Source: an uncultured virus (IMG/VR IMGVR_UViG_3300028048_003121) (Duplodnaviria > Heunggongvirae > Uroviricota > Caudoviricetes). From it: DNA of 64,000 bases. Both the position numbers and the translations under genes were made by a program. The notes under the pieces were generated by a model. That model made no database searches and had not been told where the DNA came from. It was given only the letters and a program-made list of their open reading frames with translations. The DNA lies in the IMG/VR virus record IMGVR_UViG_3300028048_003121. The stretch is one strand, 5' to 3'. Position 1 is the stretch's first letter. Every line of letters begins with the position of its first letter. This document shows, in pieces, positions 10,970 through 19,891 of this stretch.

Positions 10970-11737
10970 TTACATTCGTCTTGATCTGAATACTGCATTA
11001 TCATCATCCTGCTGCTGTGTCGGAGGCATCATAGCAGGCTGGTACTGCTGCTGAGGATAATAGCCCTGCTGGGGGACATAAGCCATCTGCGGCTGCTGAC
11101 GCATGGACTTCAAAGCCATGTTACCGGTCAGCAGAGAGGCTATCTTACCCAACCAGCCGAAAGGCCCCATCATCATATAGGCAGAGGCAATGAGACCGGC
11201 AAGGTTGGTCATCGTGACATTACTGCCCGTCATATTGCCTAACATCTGGGGAATACTGTTGAAGGGAGCGGTAAACTGGGAGATACCGCCGTTCATCATC
11301 GTCTGCTGGGGATAGTAGCCCGTATTGGGGTCTACATACTGCGGCTGCTGGCCGTTGCCCGTCAATCTCTGGACACCGCCCTGCACCATGTCAACACCGG
11401 CACCAAGAGCACCGACAGCGGCATCCTTGACCTGCTTGGCACCATCGACGGCACCCTGGGCAAGCTCTCCGGCCTTCTGGTCAATGACATCGGCAGTACC
11501 CTCACCCAAAGAGGTGTCGGCAAGCTGACGGTAAAGACCCTTGATGGCTCCCTTCTCACGCTCCTCCTTATCCAGGAGGATATTCTTGGCAGCACCAGTA
11601 CCGATGGTAATAAGTCCCTTACCAGTGACAGCCGTCGTAGCATAGGCAGCACCACCCAAGGCCAAGACCTTACCAGTCTTGGAACCCAAAACGTAGGAAA
11701 GACCCTTTCCTGCTAACTTGAAAATACCTGCTCCCAT
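10970..11737 (-). CDS. Hypothetical Gly/Gln-rich membrane protein
   Basis: 255-aa ORF tightly packed in the tra operon. Confidence 0.75.
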   Translation of the reverse strand: MGAGIFKLAGKGLSYVLGSKTGKVLALGGAAYATTAVTGKGLITIGTGAAKNILLDKEEREKGAIKGLYRQLADTSLGEGTADVIDQKAGELAQGAVDGAKQVKDAAVGALGAGVDMVQGGVQRLTGNGQQPQYVDPNTGYYPQQTMMNGGISQFTAPFNSIPQMLGNMTGSNVTMTNLAGLIASAYMMMGPFGWLGKIASLLTGNMALKSMRQQPQMAYVPQQGYYPQQQYQPAMMPPTQQQDDDNAVFRSRRM

Positions 11738-11761
11738 AATCTATTCCTTTCTTTTTATACG

Positions 11762-12496
11762 TTAGTTACTCTTATACGGATTATATACATACACCTTACG
11801 GGCATGATGAACCTTCTCCTTTCCTGTCTCATGGGCTGTACCGCTGTTCAGGGAGAACAGCCAGGCTTGCAAGGCCTGATTGTCCTTGACCTCGGTACTG
11901 GTCCAGTACCAACAGTCATCAGAGGCACGGTCGGTAGACAGTGGCACGGCAGCATAACGCGGATCCTGCTCATTCAACCGCTCAATGATACTGTTGACCG
12001 TACCACGCTGGGCATAGAGCATCTTCATCTCCGCAACGGAAGGAATGAAGTCGCTCATCCCATACTCATGGGCAGAATAGGCGGCATTGGCCAGCGGACT
12101 GCCATGGAAGGTCTTGTTGTCAAAGCTGTTCCACAAGGCAATGGTATTAGTACGGCCATCCAAGGCAGTGATATCACAGCTGGTGCCCTGAACCATCCCC
12201 AACAGGGAGTCGCAGAACTGCAAAGGCGGCAGCTCGTTGAGCATCACCGCCAGGTAATACTCGTTATCTATCATCTCAGAGAAGATGATACCGACGGCAG
12301 TACTGTCACCCCTGTTGAAATACTCATCCTTATTGACGACATTTCCATCCGCAAGAAGGATATGCCCCGGATGAATACCCAGGTCTACAGGCTCATGCTC
12401 GTCACAGGACACCAAGGAGACTGAAAGCAGCAGAGCTGCAACAACCATCACACACATATCGCCGAAAAGGCGCTTGAAATTCTGATAATATCTCAT
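11762..12496 (-). CDS. Lipoprotein, DUF1566/Lcl-like C-terminus
   Basis: Lipobox LVSC; FIPSVAEM...YWTSTE...AWLF motif. Confidence 0.7.
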   Translation of the reverse strand: MRYYQNFKRLFGDMCVMVVAALLLSVSLVSCDEHEPVDLGIHPGHILLADGNVVNKDEYFNRGDSTAVGIIFSEMIDNEYYLAVMLNELPPLQFCDSLLGMVQGTSCDITALDGRTNTIALWNSFDNKTFHGSPLANAAYSAHEYGMSDFIPSVAEMKMLYAQRGTVNSIIERLNEQDPRYAAVPLSTDRASDDCWYWTSTEVKDNQALQAWLFSLNSGTAHETGKEKVHHARKVYVYNPYKSN

Positions 12497-12535
12497 AATA
12501 GACTTCAGTTTTATAAACTTAATGACTTAACTTAT

Positions 12536-12952
12536 TTACATACGGCGGTCATGACCCCAGATAATGCCTCTTCCTCCGTCGGGAAGCTCAATGACATAGG
12601 GGTCACGGACACCTATAATGTCAGTACCGATATGTCGGGGAGAGTCATCATCCGATGACGAACCGCCACCGGAAGACAGCTTGGCAGTAGTGGCATCCAG
12701 ACCAAAGAAACGGGGTAGAGCCGTACTCGCCGTGACAAGGAAGACACACGAGAAAGCAAGACGCATCACCTTCATGCGAACCTCCGGCTCGCCGTCCATC
12801 ATGTCTGAATAGACAGACAACGCGCCGACAATACAGATGACGGCTGCTATCGCATAGCAGACGGCACGGACATAGAAAAGGTAGCTGGCGACGCCTGTAG
12901 CGGCGAGGCCCAGCGGATCAGCGGTTAAAATCAAGTGTGTCATAAGCATCAA
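12536..12952 (-). CDS. DUF4134/TraE-like pilin paralogue (target of spacer A1)
   Basis: CYAIAAVICIVGALSVY...FL..ALPRFFG aligns with the TraE at 25892-26305. Confidence 0.75.
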   Translation of the reverse strand: MMLMTHLILTADPLGLAATGVASYLFYVRAVCYAIAAVICIVGALSVYSDMMDGEPEVRMKVMRLAFSCVFLVTASTALPRFFGLDATTAKLSSGGGSSSDDDSPRHIGTDIIGVRDPYVIELPDGGRGIIWGHDRRM

Positions 12953-12975
12953 GTTTTAGAGTTAATAATAATGAA

Positions 12976-13527
12976 CTATAACGGCATCTTCATTCCAAGG
13001 GCAACGCCCGTGCGGAACAAGTCCTCACCACGGATGATTACATCCGTCCTTACCTGGAAGAAAAACTCCCAGCCGCCACGCAGCGCATAGCTGTGCTCAT
13101 AGCCCACTGTACCGCCACCGATGATATTGGAGGTATTGGAGCCGCAAAGGGCACCGATACGGAAATTGCCGTGACCGTTACGGTGACGGACAATACAGGG
13201 CTTGTAGGCAATACCAAGGAGCCAGGTACGGTAGTTGTTCCAGAAGCTGTCCTTAGTGATATGACCGGCTTCAGGATCCTCGGCATACTTAATGTAGTAA
13301 TTGCCGAAATACTCCCAGGCATTATGGTACTTCGTCTCGTGCTCGTAACCTAACGTGACATCGAAACCACGCTCATAGAGGGCACCGACAGAGAGCTGCA
13401 GGTGATTAACATTGGAACCGGACTGGGCTGACGCGGAAAGAGGACAGCCGCAGACAAACACTGCCAGGAAAAGCAGGCTGATCATAGCGTCGCCGCCCAA
13501 ACGTCGGAAAATAGATAACTGTCTCAT
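12976..13527 (-). CDS. traO: Conjugal transfer protein TraO-like (outer-membrane beta barrel)
   Basis: Signal peptide, alternating beta strands, position directly after traN. Confidence 0.65.
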   Translation of the reverse strand: MRQLSIFRRLGGDAMISLLFLAVFVCGCPLSASAQSGSNVNHLQLSVGALYERGFDVTLGYEHETKYHNAWEYFGNYYIKYAEDPEAGHITKDSFWNNYRTWLLGIAYKPCIVRHRNGHGNFRIGALCGSNTSNIIGGGTVGYEHSYALRGGWEFFFQVRTDVIIRGEDLFRTGVALGMKMPL

Positions 13528-13553
13528 AGCAATACTGATTAAATAATGAAAAA

Positions 13554-14405
13554 CTACTCTTCCTTCAGCAGCAGGGTGCTGAACGAGTCAGCAGCGAGGA
13601 TGTCCTCATAGTCAAGCTGCATATAGATGGTACGGCCACTGATCTGCTTCTCGCTGAGTTCCAAGGTCAACACCTTGTCATTGGGGAATGTCATCTTCTT
13701 CAGGACGATGACATTACGGTAGCCATGCTGGAAATGCTGACTCTTGTCAAGCACCAGCACGGGCTTCAGCTCGATACTCTGCACATTGGTGGCCTTGGAC
13801 TGCTTCTTGTCATCGAGCTTCACCCTCAGCTCGTCAATGTCGAAACGCAGGTTCGTCCTGTTCTCCACGCTGAAATCGATGAAAAAATACTCACCGACGG
13901 TATAGACGTTGTTCAAACGCATGGTCATACGGTGCTTGTTCACCTTTATATTGCGGTACTTGGCAGGAGAGTTCCAGATACGACGGGCAAATCGCACCAT
14001 CTCCTCCGTACTCATACTGACGGCAGGGTTACGGAAGGCATTACGCTCGGCAATGTCAACCTCCTTGTCAGAGACTGCCTCTTCAAGACGGGTCGTATAG
14101 ACCAGGGCATACTGGGAACGGAAACGCTCAGTGACGACAGTGACAATGGCAATGACCTCACCGTCCAGGTGACCGCCCTCCTTGGGCTTCAGACGGATGA
14201 CATTGTCAATAGGCTTGTCACCAGCCACCATATCGGTACTGATATCCACCAAACGAATAGGCTCCGGAGCCGTGATGACAGTGGTGACGTTCTCGTTAAC
14301 CGTCAACTGCTCCATCTCAAAATAGGTCTGCTGGGCGAAAGCGCTTCCAGCTGCCAAGGCGCAAACTACAACAGCGCACAGTCTGTGATAAAATCTGATG
14401 TTCAT
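13554..14405 (-). CDS. traN: Conjugative transposon protein TraN (DUF4138)
   Basis: TTVITAPEPIRLVDIS; KMTFPNDKVLTLELSEKQISGR; synteny. Confidence 0.88.
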   Translation of the reverse strand: MNIRFYHRLCAVVVCALAAGSAFAQQTYFEMEQLTVNENVTTVITAPEPIRLVDISTDMVAGDKPIDNVIRLKPKEGGHLDGEVIAIVTVVTERFRSQYALVYTTRLEEAVSDKEVDIAERNAFRNPAVSMSTEEMVRFARRIWNSPAKYRNIKVNKHRMTMRLNNVYTVGEYFFIDFSVENRTNLRFDIDELRVKLDDKKQSKATNVQSIELKPVLVLDKSQHFQHGYRNVIVLKKMTFPNDKVLTLELSEKQISGRTIYMQLDYEDILAADSFSTLLLKEE

Positions 14406-14460
14406 ATCGTTATATTTTAATGTTTCTTATAATACGTATTACTTTAAATACTTATATCAA

Positions 14461-15882
14461 CTACTGGCCAAGAGCCTGACCGTAGGAGCGAAGCGACGGA
14501 CGGGGCACGGTGCTGCCGCCTGAAGTGCGCATATTACGCAAAGCTGGAGGCGTACCATACTGCATGTTGTTATTGTCAGCACCGGCACGGGACTGTGTGC
14601 TGCCCTTCTGCCTGCCACCGCCCTTCTTCTGAGCGGCATTAACCAAATAGACCTGGGTGCCGTACTTGATCTTGGCCTTGTTCTTACGGATATTCTTGCT
14701 CACGGCATTGGCGACACGCTGGTAGCCGTTCTGCATGGCATTGGAGGCCCATGACACAAAGCTGGTAGAGGTAGACATACCATCCACGACATTCATGTTA
14801 CTCTGCAAAGCCTGGCCTCCCACATCCTTGGCAGCCTCGCGGAAACGGCTCTCAGGAACGTAAAGACCCTCCAGACCGTCAAGGTCATAGACAGACAAAG
14901 AGACCTTCTCCAGATGGTCATCGACCATCACGCTCTCCACCTTACCCTTGACACGCTGGGAGCCGAAGCCGGACATGACACAATAGAGGTACGAACCTTT
15001 CTTCAGGACGACATCGTTGATCTCAATGTCATCCAACAGGCGCAAGCGGACACGGCTGCCATCGACAGCTTTGATGTCCTCATCGACAATAGCCTTGATC
15101 ATGCTGGACTCCTTCTCATTGACACTGAGGGTGTTGAAATAGTTGCTCTCCTCACGGACTTTCTTCACCACAGAGCTGGCTTCCTCGTCCTCGTCAAGAG
15201 CCGTGACAGCAGTCTTCGTCTTGACGGAGAGCTTGGCATTGATACCCTCACGGACATCGTTGAGACTGTCCAAACGGGCAACCTCGCCCTCAGCCTGCTT
15301 CTGGGCATCGGCAACCTTACCGGCAGCATCCTTGCGGATATTGCCAAGAGCCTGCTCGACATCGTCAAGATGATTGTTACGACGCAACTCATCAATCTTG
15401 GCACGCTCATCATCGGAGATGTCCTTGACAAACTCGGCACCGGACTGGTCACGAGCAGTGCCGGCCTGTTCCTGGAGCTTACGGCGCATATCGTTATAAC
15501 GGTCTCGCTCGGCCTGCGAGCTGGCATTCTTGGCAAGCTCCTCCAAGTCCTTCTCAGTATAGTTACTGCTGAAGTCCTCCTTCTTCTTGATACTGTCAAG
15601 GTCATTATCAATATTCTCCATGGCCGACAGGTCACGGATGTTACCGAAGGTCTTCTCGACATTCTCACGCTTGCCACCAAGACCCTCCTTGACATTGGCA
15701 GAGGGCAGCTCGGCATTCAGGTACTCGGTGGTCTGCAACTCGGTGTTGACCTCTTCCGCAATCTCGGTATGGAAGATATCTATAAAGAGATACCCCAAAC
15801 CCAGCAGAGGGAAGTAGAGGATAGCCGGAAGGATGTACTTCGGCTGCTTCAAATTAAGTTTATTCGGCATGTTCATAATCAT
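14461..15882 (-). CDS. traM: Conjugative transposon protein TraM (VirB10-like)
   Basis: N-terminal TM; GSRVRLRLLDD and VYDLDGLEGLYVP motifs. Confidence 0.9.
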   Translation of the reverse strand: MIMNMPNKLNLKQPKYILPAILYFPLLGLGYLFIDIFHTEIAEEVNTELQTTEYLNAELPSANVKEGLGGKRENVEKTFGNIRDLSAMENIDNDLDSIKKKEDFSSNYTEKDLEELAKNASSQAERDRYNDMRRKLQEQAGTARDQSGAEFVKDISDDERAKIDELRRNNHLDDVEQALGNIRKDAAGKVADAQKQAEGEVARLDSLNDVREGINAKLSVKTKTAVTALDEDEEASSVVKKVREESNYFNTLSVNEKESSMIKAIVDEDIKAVDGSRVRLRLLDDIEINDVVLKKGSYLYCVMSGFGSQRVKGKVESVMVDDHLEKVSLSVYDLDGLEGLYVPESRFREAAKDVGGQALQSNMNVVDGMSTSTSFVSWASNAMQNGYQRVANAVSKNIRKNKAKIKYGTQVYLVNAAQKKGGGRQKGSTQSRAGADNNNMQYGTPPALRNMRTSGGSTVPRPSLRSYGQALGQ

Positions 15883-16225
15883 GTGGTTTTAGGGTTTTCA
15901 CTTTCTGACCTTTCTTGTGGATGGCACCATCGACACGCTCCACAGCGACAGCCTTACGGGAAGGGCTGTTGGCAACGCGGACGATACGAACCAGGTTCAA
16001 GATAAACAACAGAATAACAAAGCCAAAGGCAAGACCAAGGAACAGCTTCTTATTGGCCGCTCCCCAAGACTGGAGATGGCCAGCAAGCCACTTGATGCCA
16101 ACGACCTCGGCAAACTTCTCACCGGCGGCGACCTGCTGCTCGTAGGTCTCACGATACTTAGGATCGTTCTTGTCGGGCATCTCAATACGCTTGAATAAAT
16201 TCTTCCAACCCATAACTGATATCAT
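15860..16225 (-). CDS. TraL-like single-TM protein
   Basis: Lies between traK and traM; one TM segment. Confidence 0.6.
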   Translation of the reverse strand: MISVMGWKNLFKRIEMPDKNDPKYRETYEQQVAAGEKFAEVVGIKWLAGHLQSWGAANKKLFLGLAFGFVILLFILNLVRIVRVANSPSRKAVAVERVDGAIHKKGQKVKTLKPHDYEHAE

Positions 16226-16843
16226 TTAAAATTCATTCTTCTTACGCTGTTCCAAATCCTTGTTGAGAAGGGTACGCCAGTTGGTGATCAACAGCCCGTG
16301 AGGATTGTTTTCGGTACGGGGCACACGCTTCAACTGACCGGCAGTGACCAACTGACGCATGAGGATGTTCGTGCGACGCTCGATCCTCTGCCTGCCATAA
16401 TAGGTAAAGGTCATATTCTCCTTATCGAAATTGATGGAGTCACAAAAGATGGAGAAGACGGCACTGGTACCCATGATGTTCTGGTAGAAGCCCTTCTCCT
16501 TCAAAGCATTATACTGGGCCAAGCCGGTCTCATCGACCAGGTACATGGCCTTGTCCATCGTATATTTGATATACTTGTCATCAGGTGCCAACGTGAAGAA
16601 CAGATGATGAAAGGCCTCGACATGGCTCTTGGCCTCGACTTCCAGCGTCTCGTCCATCGTACTGCGCTGCACGAGGACGGGAACGGTACCGTCCAACACA
16701 TACACCTTCTTATGGGCGTCATCAACCATACCCTTGGCCATGACGAAGACACCCAGACAGATAACGACACAACTGCCAATGACTGCCAATGTGACAATCA
16801 TCACCAGCTTGATCTTGTTTTCCAAATTCTTGATAACTGACAT
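16226..16843 (-). CDS. traK: Conjugative transposon protein TraK (VirB8-like)
   Basis: HVEAFHHLFFTLAPD; RTENNPHGLLI. Confidence 0.92.
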   Translation of the reverse strand: MSVIKNLENKIKLVMIVTLAVIGSCVVICLGVFVMAKGMVDDAHKKVYVLDGTVPVLVQRSTMDETLEVEAKSHVEAFHHLFFTLAPDDKYIKYTMDKAMYLVDETGLAQYNALKEKGFYQNIMGTSAVFSIFCDSINFDKENMTFTYYGRQRIERRTNILMRQLVTAGQLKRVPRTENNPHGLLITNWRTLLNKDLEQRKKNEF

Positions 16844-16877
16844 AACGTAAACTGATTTATCGTGAATAATACTGTTA

Positions 16878-18113
16878 TTATCTCATGAGACTGGAAGCAC
16901 CGCCCTTGGCACCCTGGGCAACACCCTCACCGAAGTTACGGGCAGCAAAGGATGTGTCACCTTCGGGAATCATCCATGCGGCAAGGTCAGGAACGAGGTT
17001 CAGACACTTCAGGGCCACGACGGCAGCAACGAGCAGATAACCGGCAGTAAGGAAGATATCCTTGATATAGGCGGTATAGTGCTCGCCATTGTCAGAGACA
17101 ATCTGCGTGACCTGGTCTATCTGGATGCTGATGACAATGTCAAAGAGCAGAAGGACGTAGAAGCCCACGAAATAGAGCATGGCACCGTAGAAATGAACGG
17201 TGAGGTAACGCGTCAGCCACTTCGCCCAGGCTCCCTCCCACTTAGGCAAGAGGGAGAACGCCCACTGGATAGGCCCGAAAATCGTCAGCATACCCAACAT
17301 GATCTGCTGGATGAATATAGTGGCCCACCAGCCGATACGGTAGATGACCAACGACAGGAAGAGGATGATCTTATCCATCAGCACCATCGTACCCGCCAAG
17401 GCAGCCTGCGTAGCGGCTTTCTTAGCGCCCTGCTGACTGGTAGTGGTCTGCTGGGTGTCAGACATCTGCTGACCAGCCTCGGTACCTGCGGCACTGTTGA
17501 TATGCTCGTCACTGGTCTTGAACTGTGCCTCATAGTCTGCCTGGAGAGAGTCGCGCTGAGCAAGCAGCGGCGTCAGCTCCTTGTATTTCTCCTCGACCTG
17601 CAAGGCCTCGATCTCATAGAGGTCATGGGTATAGGAACCGATACAGTTAGGGATATAGGCCAGCATATCCAACACACCACCGTCGAAGACATAGCCGTCA
17701 GAGACCATGCCACGCATACCGGCCATGGGATTGCCATACCAGCACATCATCACGGTGGCGATACCCAATGCCCTGAGAATCTTCAGGACATCGAACGGCT
17801 CACCCTTGACCATCATCTTATAGGCCATACCGGCAGCCATAATCAGGGCGAACAAGGCACCCAGACACATGCAGACCTGCATGATCATCCAGAAAGGACC
17901 GTTGTCACCGATGAAGGTGGCATCGGTCAGGAACTCGTTGGTGGCGAAGATGACATCATCAATCTCCTCCTCAAAAAGCTCTACGCCGACACCCGTAGAA
18001 GACAACTCACCAAGGGCATCCATCATGTCGCTGGCAAAACAGACGACAGATGAGGTGAAGAACACCGCGACGGTGAGCAGGAATCGTTGAAATTTTCTCA
18101 TATCATATCTCAT
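16878..18113 (-). CDS. traJ: TraJ-like (VirB6-like) polytopic membrane protein
   Basis: LTIFGPIQWAFSLLPKWEGAWAKWLTRYL; multiple TMs; directly upstream of traK. Confidence 0.8.
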   Translation of the reverse strand: MRYDMRKFQRFLLTVAVFFTSSVVCFASDMMDALGELSSTGVGVELFEEEIDDVIFATNEFLTDATFIGDNGPFWMIMQVCMCLGALFALIMAAGMAYKMMVKGEPFDVLKILRALGIATVMMCWYGNPMAGMRGMVSDGYVFDGGVLDMLAYIPNCIGSYTHDLYEIEALQVEEKYKELTPLLAQRDSLQADYEAQFKTSDEHINSAAGTEAGQQMSDTQQTTTSQQGAKKAATQAALAGTMVLMDKIILFLSLVIYRIGWWATIFIQQIMLGMLTIFGPIQWAFSLLPKWEGAWAKWLTRYLTVHFYGAMLYFVGFYVLLLFDIVISIQIDQVTQIVSDNGEHYTAYIKDIFLTAGYLLVAAVVALKCLNLVPDLAAWMIPEGDTSFAARNFGEGVAQGAKGGASSLMR

Positions 18114-18125
18114 TTTAATGTTTTC

Positions 18126-18935
18126 CTAATACTTTTGCTCCTTGGCAGTGCCAATTTCAATACTACCGGCATCAATGCCGATACCGCCACTGCCACCGTG
18201 ACCGCCATTGCTTGACTTGCCCGACCAGGCAACCTTCCAGCGACCGTAACAGTCCTTGACCATGGAGCGCGACTTGGAGAAACTAAAGGTCTTGTCCTTA
18301 TGGTCACGGATGAAACGCTCAGACCACCAGATATTCTTCAGCTTGTTAAGCGTTACATTATACTGGCACAAATCCTTATAGAGCAGGACATAGACGGCCT
18401 TACGCTGAGAGTTGGGCATATAGGCGTCATGGGCAGAATCCAAGCTCTCCTGAACCATGTTATAGATCTGCGTCCAGGCAGTCTTATCCTCTGAGGTGCC
18501 TCCGTAGAAGACAATATCCTCGATATTCTTCTTTAAAATGTTCTGCTGACGCTGAATCTTATTCTTCTCTACCAACCACTCGACATCAACCTGACGGTCG
18601 GCGATATTCAGGGCCTCTATCTCTGCACGTTTCTCCAGCGAGTCCTTGATGGTCTCAGCATACTTCTCTTCCTTGGTGACCTCGACATTTGTGAGGGTAC
18701 GGCTTGCAAGCTTGTTGTTGGCCGGATTATTGGCCATGCTACGATAGGAGCTGTGGGTAAGATTATAATACTGGTCGGCAAACCAACCGCCATTACCCAG
18801 CGTACCAGAGCCTATCTCTGCCTTCATGAACTGATTCATGACAACCTCATCATGGTTGTAGGTCATACCCTGTGCAGACACCATCAGCGAAACGGTGAGC
18901 GACAGCAGCATCATATATATTCTCATCATTTTCAT
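18126..18935 (-). CDS. Secreted tra-region protein (DUF5045-like)
   Basis: Signal peptide; YNHD..MNQF..AEIGSGTL motif. Confidence 0.65.
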   Translation of the reverse strand: MKMMRIYMMLLSLTVSLMVSAQGMTYNHDEVVMNQFMKAEIGSGTLGNGGWFADQYYNLTHSSYRSMANNPANNKLASRTLTNVEVTKEEKYAETIKDSLEKRAEIEALNIADRQVDVEWLVEKNKIQRQQNILKKNIEDIVFYGGTSEDKTAWTQIYNMVQESLDSAHDAYMPNSQRKAVYVLLYKDLCQYNVTLNKLKNIWWSERFIRDHKDKTFSFSKSRSMVKDCYGRWKVAWSGKSSNGGHGGSGGIGIDAGSIEIGTAKEQKY

Positions 18936-18937
18936 AA

Positions 18938-19891
18938 CTATTCGCCAATATTATATTTTCTTCCAACAGTACCGTCTGAAAGCTCACCGGCATCCTGCTT
19001 CTCATGAGACGGATCTATCAGATGACCACCACCATGATTTCCATTCAAGCCCATCTTGCCATAGGTGGCGCGACGCCAACGCTGCAAGGCGTTCTGGGCA
19101 TGCTCGTGGACACTCTTGGTCTGACGGGTGATACCCTTCGTCCAATAGCCTGTACGCATATGGATATACCGCCAGAGCAGGAAATGACCGTTGTCAACGG
19201 CTTTCCTCAGCTCGGTGATATGGTCATCGAGAGACTGAATGGTCATCAAAAGACCCTCAGTACTGCAGGCCAGCGCACCGGTGGCGTAGCCCACAAGTGT
19301 AGTCATGCTCAGATAGATATCCTCGCACTTGTCGGCGACCTGCAAGACCATGTCGCGACCGATGGTGAAGATAATCGTGTCCTGAGCATCGATAATGGTT
19401 CCCTGGTCGTAGAGATCCTTGGCATCACGATACCACTCCTTGGCACCGTTGATGGTGTGGATGTCAGTGATACCGGTAAGGATATTGGCAGCTTCCTTGA
19501 TCTGTCCCAGCTGCTTCATGATGATGCAGGCACGGTAACGCTCCAGCAAATCCTTGATGCTGGTAATCTTCTGCTTGACATCCTTATAGGTATTCACAAC
19601 ATTGACAGAGACGCTGAGACCCGTATAAACAATATCCAGGATGTCAAAGCAACGGGTGTAGAGGTCGAGCTTGTCATTGATATTCTTATAGTCCAAGACC
19701 TCCTCACGGTTCTTGTCGTGAAGCTCCTGGTTGACAACCTCGATCTCGGCACGGTACTGGATGGGGCCTCTGATACGCTTGTGGTCACTAATCATGGCTT
19801 CAAGCGTTCCAAAGTCCATACGCTGGGCATGACTGACCATCGGCAGACCAGCCAGCAACAGGAGCAATATGTAGAAGACCTTAGTTCTCAT
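18938..19891 (-). CDS. Secreted tra-region hypothetical protein
   Basis: Signal peptide; 317 aa; operon packing. Confidence 0.75.
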   Translation of the reverse strand: MRTKVFYILLLLLAGLPMVSHAQRMDFGTLEAMISDHKRIRGPIQYRAEIEVVNQELHDKNREEVLDYKNINDKLDLYTRCFDILDIVYTGLSVSVNVVNTYKDVKQKITSIKDLLERYRACIIMKQLGQIKEAANILTGITDIHTINGAKEWYRDAKDLYDQGTIIDAQDTIIFTIGRDMVLQVADKCEDIYLSMTTLVGYATGALACSTEGLLMTIQSLDDHITELRKAVDNGHFLLWRYIHMRTGYWTKGITRQTKSVHEHAQNALQRWRRATYGKMGLNGNHGGGHLIDPSHEKQDAGELSDGTVGRKYNIGE